Origin: a virus
Lineage: Duplodnaviria > Caudoviricetes
DNA: 40,062 bases
Strand: one strand, 5' to 3'
Virus record (IMG/VR): IMGVR_UViG_3300032216_000143
Span: 1 to 40,062 of that record
The position numbers were made by a program, and so were the translations under genes. This document shows positions 34,668 through 40,062 of the stretch, piece by piece; position 1 is the first letter of the stretch; every line of letters begins with the position of its first letter. Below the pieces are notes generated by a model. The model did no database searches. It was not told the DNA's origin and worked only from the letters and a program-made list of their open reading frames with translations.

Positions 34668-37600
34668 TGCGAATTGTTGTTCGGTGCATCTTCAAAGTAG
34701 TTCCTGAGAAGACAGGAGTAAACTTCAGAGTGAGCGCACCAGCAACAACAGAAGCATCAAATGTACCTAAGACAACAGAACTCTTCACTGTACCGAACTG
34801 AGATATGTATGCATTAGTGTCATCATGAATCATTGTCAATTCAGTTGCATGATACTTAGTTCCAGAAGTCATTTGAATAAAGTACTTAGCACTTCTGAAA
34901 TTAGCAGCAGAGAATTGATCAACAGTAACTTGAGATAATCCAGATGTTGTGTAAGTGTTCGATGACATCCAAGAGATTGGATTCAAATAGATACCATTAT
35001 TTGCAGTAATAGCACCTACGTTTGCAGAACCAAATGTTTTGCTATTACCGAGAATTAATAGATTGCCATTTGCAGTGATGTCATTATCAGACTGAATGTA
35101 ATTCGCATGTAGATTCGAAGTAGTAGTGATGTCACCAGTTACAGATAGATCACTTTGAATTACTACGTTACCTGAGAGGATCGTATTCCCTGTAATTGTC
35201 GCTGAATCTAATGTGACTTTAACGTTACTTGTTAATACAGAATCTCTAATGATTGAGTAACTAACAGTAGACATGCCAAGCATATTGTTACCAACAGTAA
35301 CATGCTTTAGTGTCACATTGCTGATTGCACCGCCGATGATATTAACGGCATCAGCATTCTGCATACCAAGTGTGCCGATTCCTAAGTCTTCAGCAGGAAT
35401 TGATGCTACAGCAGTGAATGCACCGGCGCCATTACCTTTGATGTAGCCTGTTAGATTATTTGTACCAGTACCACCTTGAGAGACTGCTAGAGGTGTGACA
35501 AGTCCAGTCAACCGAGTAATGTCAGAGTTAACACCAGACTTTGCAGCACCTAGATTAGTTCTTGCACCACCAATCGTTGTAGATCCAGTACCACCTTTAG
35601 AGATAGGAACTGTCCCAAGTGCAAGATTAAATGTGCCAGCAGAAGTAATTGGTGATCCCGATACAGAGAATGGTTCACCCGGATCAAACTGTAGACCAAC
35701 TGAGGTTACTGTGCCGGTTCCAGGAACTGACTGCCAGTATGCATTCCCGCCATCAGTAAAGAGGACCCAACCATTCTTTTCATTAGTCTGAACAGGCAAC
35801 AGATTGTTAATTGCATTTGCTCTAGTCGTTGCACCAGTACCACCATTTGCAATTGCAAGACCAGTTACAGGAGTATTAATATAAACAGTCTGCCCAATGT
35901 TTGCAGTAGTAACTGTGAAACTTGTACTAACAACATCACGAACAACACCCTGAGAAGTTGCAGTCCATGCAAGTTCATTATTGCCTACGTGTGTCAGAAC
36001 TGTATTAGAAATTCCATTTGGTGAAGGATATGGATATTCCCATTCGAGAGAAATGTCAGAACTTCCAACATATGGATTGGCAGGTTTATATCGTAAAAAA
36101 GGAGCTAAAAGATATCTATTTGATGCACCATTAGTGTAAGTTACACCACGTGTGTTTGCAAATACAGCACTAGAAGAATCTGTATTCGGAGTCGAATATA
36201 TTGACTGCCATGTAATCTTATCTAATGTTCCTGATGCAGGTGGATTCCAATACGTTAGAACTTGTCTATGAGTAGGTGACTCGGTACTTAGTTTTAATAG
36301 ATTTGCTTTGCCATCTCTTCTATTAATATCATCATCGGCTGATCCCGAACCACCAATACCACCATTTCGTAATGGAACAACAACACCGGGAATTAATCCA
36401 CCAGCAGCACCAGAGATGTTACCGGATATTGCAGTACCTGGAATATAGATGTTCGAAGTCATTCGTGCGCCGGCAGTGTTGCCGTTCACATAGACGTAAC
36501 CTAATGAGAGTGCGCCGTTACCAGTACCACCGTTTGCAACTGGTACTTCACCTAGTTTCATTGTGATGTTACCAGCAGCAGTAATTGGTGAGTTACCGAT
36601 GATGATAGAGTTGTCAGCAGGTACATTGATACCAACAGATGTTACTGTACCGACACCAGAAACAGATACCCATTCAACATCAGTTGCAGAAGCATTGATT
36701 AGAAGTGCTTTGCCATTATTAGTTGCATACGATGGCAACAGATTGATCATAGCACCAATTCTGTTGTTAGCACCAGTACCACCGTGCTGAACATTCATGT
36801 TTGATAACAACAGATTGCCAGAGATTGTATTACCTGGAATATGAATGTTAGCAGTTACAATCGTACCATTACTGGATAGATAACCAGAACCCATACTTGG
36901 ATTACCAGTACCACCTTTGTTCATCTGAATAACTGGCAACTTCGAATGTGTAATCGTATTCAGTGCAATGTTAATTCTACCATTGCTTGTGATGTATCCG
37001 ACTGGGTTGCCAGCAGTGTTGTAATTGATTACAGTGATATCAGAATCTACTGCTTCGCCACGAACACCGATAACAGTGCCCATACCTGCCATGGTGTTCC
37101 ACTGAATCTGACCGTACTGGTCCATCATCAGTCCCATACCCACGTTAGCAGTATCGTATCTGTTGTTAGCGTAATCAAAGCCAACGTCGATTGTTGCTTT
37201 CCACTGTGCCTGACGTGTCCAGTAGTTTAGAACATTGTTGTATGTCTCTACAACAGTTAACTTCTGTCCATTCTTTCCAACCATCGTTGGATAAGGTGTT
37301 TTGAAATCAATGAAGTCACCAGTACCAGCATATGTCGATCCGATTGGAGCATCCGGCATCTTCAACGTCAGAACATAATCTGTACCGAAACCTTCTGTGT
37401 AAACAGTAGCACTGTTCTGTGATGGCCAAGATAACTGATCGCCATAGGTGCCAGAATATGTTACACCATATTGATTTGGCTTTAGTAGAAGATTCTTCTT
37501 AGCGCCCAATCTGCCAAAGTATGCTGCATTTGAATCAGATATAGCTGGACTTCCAGACTTTCTTGCATCATATGCACCAGTACCACCGTATGCAACTCTT

Positions 37601-40062
37601 ATACCAGCAGTTAGTCCAGCGAGTTCTGTAATGTTTGTATTAACACCAGAGCCAGCAACACCAAGTGCGTCGAGAAGATCTGCTGTGCTAGTTACGCCAG
37701 TACCACCATGACTAACTGGAATAACAGAGATGTCAACCATTGGGTTGCCATTATCGCCAGTTCCATTTGTGACGAATAGTCCTGCTTGTGCATTTGCAGT
37801 AATCGTGCGTTTAAGAACAGTACCATCTTGAGTCTTAGTGAGTAGACCAGCACTGTTGCTGAGATTACTAATCGAGATAACATCACGGCTAACTGTTCTT
37901 TCCCACAACAATGGGCTGCTAGTAACAAGAATTGGATCAACTGTCTTTAGTGTCCAGATTGTACTTTGATAAGATGTACCATCGGAGACAGATACCATCG
38001 TGCCGCCAACAGTGTTCGAATTAACACTCATATCAGATGCTCTGATATAGTATTGACCCTCGCCTTGGAAGACGTAGATACCGTTATCTATTGGACTATC
38101 TTGTCCAGTAAATAGAACACGATCATATTGTTGAAGAACAACACCGTCGTATTTGTCTAAATTTGATACGTTATTCGCAATAGCATATACAGAAGTGTTT
38201 GATGTTACGACAGATCTAACTGGTTGAAGCATTGCACCGAAAGGAACTTTATCCGATGTTGCAAGTGCTTTTCTACTGTTAGATCCAACTGTAATGTACA
38301 GTTGTCCACCATCGAACTCCATATCACCAGTTAATGGATCAGTCTTTAAAGTTCCTGATGTAAACTTAAACGGCGACTTTGTTGTATTACCCGCAGCAGG
38401 TCTAATCGTCGTATTGTTTGCCATCGAAAGATCACCACCGACAAACAGTGTTGATCCTACGTTTGCTTGACCATTAATGAATAACGAGTTAGCAGTGACA
38501 CGTTCTTTAGATGCAATACCGCCATCAACGATCAGTGCACCAGTTGTGATGCTACTAGAGATTGTGTTGTTGTAGATGCGAACAGGAATAAATGTCGAAG
38601 CACCTTGTTCGGTGACAGCTTGTAATGTAGGCGTTATGTTTGCCACAGCGAACGCTGCATCGAGTCTAGTGCCGATGTTTGTACCATCACTTAGTGTGAT
38701 TGACTTAGCGTTTACAGAGTTTGCAGTTACGTTACCTGTGATGATAACTGTTTTACCGTTAGCGCCTGAAGTGATACGAACAATCTCACTATTTGAATAC
38801 ATTCCATTCGCAGCAATAATAACATCATTGTGTATCGAACCAATGATTGTATTACCACCACGAGTAGTGGTATTCCCATGTGTGAATAAGTATCCATCAT
38901 TCTTTTTAATGATGTCAAATTCTTGACCAGTATAATCGTAGTTGCTACTTGCAAGACCTAGATCAAGATAACCTTCTGTTGCAGTTCCGTTATCAGCAGT
39001 AATGAATACATCAAACGATGCGTTAGCGCCAGAGTTAATATTTTGCATATTAAGTCCAGCATAACCATCATAGTTCGCAGTTAACTGCTGAACCATCTGT
39101 GGTTCTACGAGATATCCTACTGGTATGCCAGCATACAGTGCGTTGAATCCGTTAGCAGTATAACCAAAGAACTGACCAGAGTTACCAGAAACTGTGACAG
39201 ACGTTACGTTGCCGATGAAGTTGACGTTACCTAATACACTTAGGTCTTTCTGAATGATTAAGTTGCCAGAGATCGTCCCACCAGTTAATGCTAACTTAGT
39301 ATTAGAAGAATCAAATACAACTTGCGCTAAATTAGCAGCAGCATTTGCTTTTGTGAATGCAGCATTAGCAACAAGATATGCTGTATTTGCATTTGATGTC
39401 GCACTATTTGCTTGATCATATGCAGAGTTGGCAACAGTAAACGCTATGTTTGCATTTGCTATAGCATTGTTTGCTTGTGCAAATGCTGCATTCGCAGTTG
39501 TAGTATCAATATTTGCAGTGCTTACATTAGAGATTCTACCATCAGTACCAATTGTAATGATAGGAATCTGATTGTTAGCGCCATATGTTCCTGCATTAGA
39601 AAGAATTCTCGACAACGAAAGATTGATTGTTTTCGATGTTGTATTCGAAACAATTATGATGCCATTTGCTACGTTAGCATTAATGTATACTGTGTCAGCA
39701 TTTGATGTTGCAGTGATTGCATTACCGTTGGCAACGATCTTATAGAATGCAAGTGATGCTCTTGAGTTTGCAGTCTGCCTTGCATATCTATCAATTGCAC
39801 TTGGTGGTGCAGTAGAAACAATTAGATAAACAGTCTGACTCTTCGACTGAGGAACTTCATCCGATACTGTAATAACGTATGGTGAATTAACAGCAGTGAC
39901 AGTTGCAGTACCATTAATAGTACCAGTAAGAGTATCAAATACTAATCCAGTAGGTAGTGTTGGCGAAATCGAATACTTGTATGCACCAGTACCACCTACG
40001 CCACCAACAGGCACAACACTTGTTATATCGCCTTGATAAACGGCAACGTTTGAAACTTGAAG
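34663..40062 (-). CDS. Long mosaic tail-fibre-like protein, 5' truncated (>1799 aa)
   Basis: The frame stays open from 40014 to the window edge (LQVSNVAVYQGDITSVVPVGG). Contains a He_PIG-like unit, an Ala/Asn coiled coil, about nine xxxxxGG(T/I)G repeats, GTVTSVG...SPIT.AG units, a DGV.L...DRVL..GQ....NGIYV domain and a C-terminal DQF...FRSAKY...HDD domain. Confidence 0.85.
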   Translation of the reverse strand, partial: LQVSNVAVYQGDITSVVPVGGVGGTGAYKYSISPTLPTGLVFDTLTGTINGTATVTAVNSPYVITVSDEVPQSKSQTVYLIVSTAPPSAIDRYARQTANSRASLAFYKIVANGNAITATSNADTVYINANVANGIIIVSNTTSKTINLSLSRILSNAGTYGANNQIPIITIGTDGRISNVSTANIDTTTANAAFAQANNAIANANIAFTVANSAYDQANSATSNANTAYLVANAAFTKANAAANLAQVVFDSSNTKLALTGGTISGNLIIQKDLSVLGNVNFIGNVTSVTVSGNSGQFFGYTANGFNALYAGIPVGYLVEPQMVQQLTANYDGYAGLNMQNINSGANASFDVFITADNGTATEGYLDLGLASSNYDYTGQEFDIIKKNDGYLFTHGNTTTRGGNTIIGSIHNDVIIAANGMYSNSEIVRITSGANGKTVIITGNVTANSVNAKSITLSDGTNIGTRLDAAFAVANITPTLQAVTEQGASTFIPVRIYNNTISSSITTGALIVDGGIASKERVTANSLFINGQANVGSTLFVGGDLSMANNTTIRPAAGNTTKSPFKFTSGTLKTDPLTGDMEFDGGQLYITVGSNSRKALATSDKVPFGAMLQPVRSVVTSNTSVYAIANNVSNLDKYDGVVLQQYDRVLFTGQDSPIDNGIYVFQGEGQYYIRASDMSVNSNTVGGTMVSVSDGTSYQSTIWTLKTVDPILVTSSPLLWERTVSRDVISISNLSNSAGLLTKTQDGTVLKRTITANAQAGLFVTNGTGDNGNPMVDISVIPVSHGGTGVTSTADLLDALGVAGSGVNTNITELAGLTAGIRVAYGGTGAYDARKSGSPAISDSNAAYFGRLGAKKNLLLKPNQYGVTYSGTYGDQLSWPSQNSATVYTEGFGTDYVLTLKMPDAPIGSTYAGTGDFIDFKTPYPTMVGKNGQKLTVVETYNNVLNYWTRQAQWKATIDVGFDYANNRYDTANVGMGLMMDQYGQIQWNTMAGMGTVIGVRGEAVDSDITVINYNTAGNPVGYITSNGRINIALNTITHSKLPVIQMNKGGTGNPSMGSGYLSSNGTIVTANIHIPGNTISGNLLLSNMNVQHGGTGANNRIGAMINLLPSYATNNGKALLINASATDVEWVSVSGVGTVTSVGINVPADNSIIIGNSPITAAGNITMKLGEVPVANGGTGNGALSLGYVYVNGNTAGARMTSNIYIPGTAISGNISGAAGGLIPGVVVPLRNGGIGGSGSADDDINRRDGKANLLKLSTESPTHRQVLTYWNPPASGTLDKITWQSIYSTPNTDSSSAVFANTRGVTYTNGASNRYLLAPFLRYKPANPYVGSSDISLEWEYPYPSPNGISNTVLTHVGNNELAWTATSQGVVRDVVSTSFTVTTANIGQTVYINTPVTGLAIANGGTGATTRANAINNLLPVQTNEKNGWVLFTDGGNAYWQSVPGTGTVTSVGLQFDPGEPFSVSGSPITSAGTFNLALGTVPISKGGTGSTTIGGARTNLGAAKSGVNSDITRLTGLVTPLAVSQGGTGTNNLTGYIKGNGAGAFTAVASIPAEDLGIGTLGMQNADAVNIIGGAISNVTLKHVTVGNNMLGMSTVSYSIIRDSVLTSNVKVTLDSATITGNTILSGNVVIQSDLSVTGDITTTSNLHANYIQSDNDITANGNLLILGNSKTFGSANVGAITANNGIYLNPISWMSSNTYTTSGLSQVTVDQFSAANFRSAKYFIQMTSGTKYHATELTMIHDDTNAYISQFGTVKSSVVLGTFDASVVAGALTLKFTPVFSGTTLKMHRTTIRK

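Noticed and set aside
1-40062. Stop-codon reassignment (no accepted gene ends in TGA)
   Set aside because: All genes are full length and tightly packed under code 11, and TAA and TAG both end genes at natural junctions. No in-frame TGA read-through is needed.

Overview
This 40-kb window is the late (virion morphogenesis) region of a large T4-like myovirus, most similar in style to uncultured aquatic T4-like phages. All credible genes lie on the minus strand. In transcription order (right to left) the window holds a ~32-kb array of about 18 fibre, adhesin and accessory genes, then the conserved neck/tail/packaging block gp13-gp14-gp15-[two-gene fibre insert]-gp16-gp17-gp18 (gp18 and the largest fibre gene are cut by the window edges). 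Six T4-type late-promoter motifs (nATAAATA) sit in intergenic junctions. The most notable pattern is that the accessory array is not random. It is built from repeated, translationally coupled cassettes that suggest a modular plug-and-socket display system. Type I is a small protein ending (IAM/ITG)xSxVFxGG, then a conserved 117-aa MAAPNI protein, then passengers with an N-terminal NGGxxG...E-x-Q...WP tag (2 cassettes, 3 passengers). Type II is a fibre ending in a D(A/S)GKH...TWxIxGxG domain followed by a passenger with a short hydrophobic N-terminal peptide (3 cassettes). Passengers carry shuffled LamG, FN3 and polyglycine domains. All family assignments come from motif recognition by eye, not database searches, and sub-gene coordinates are approximate.
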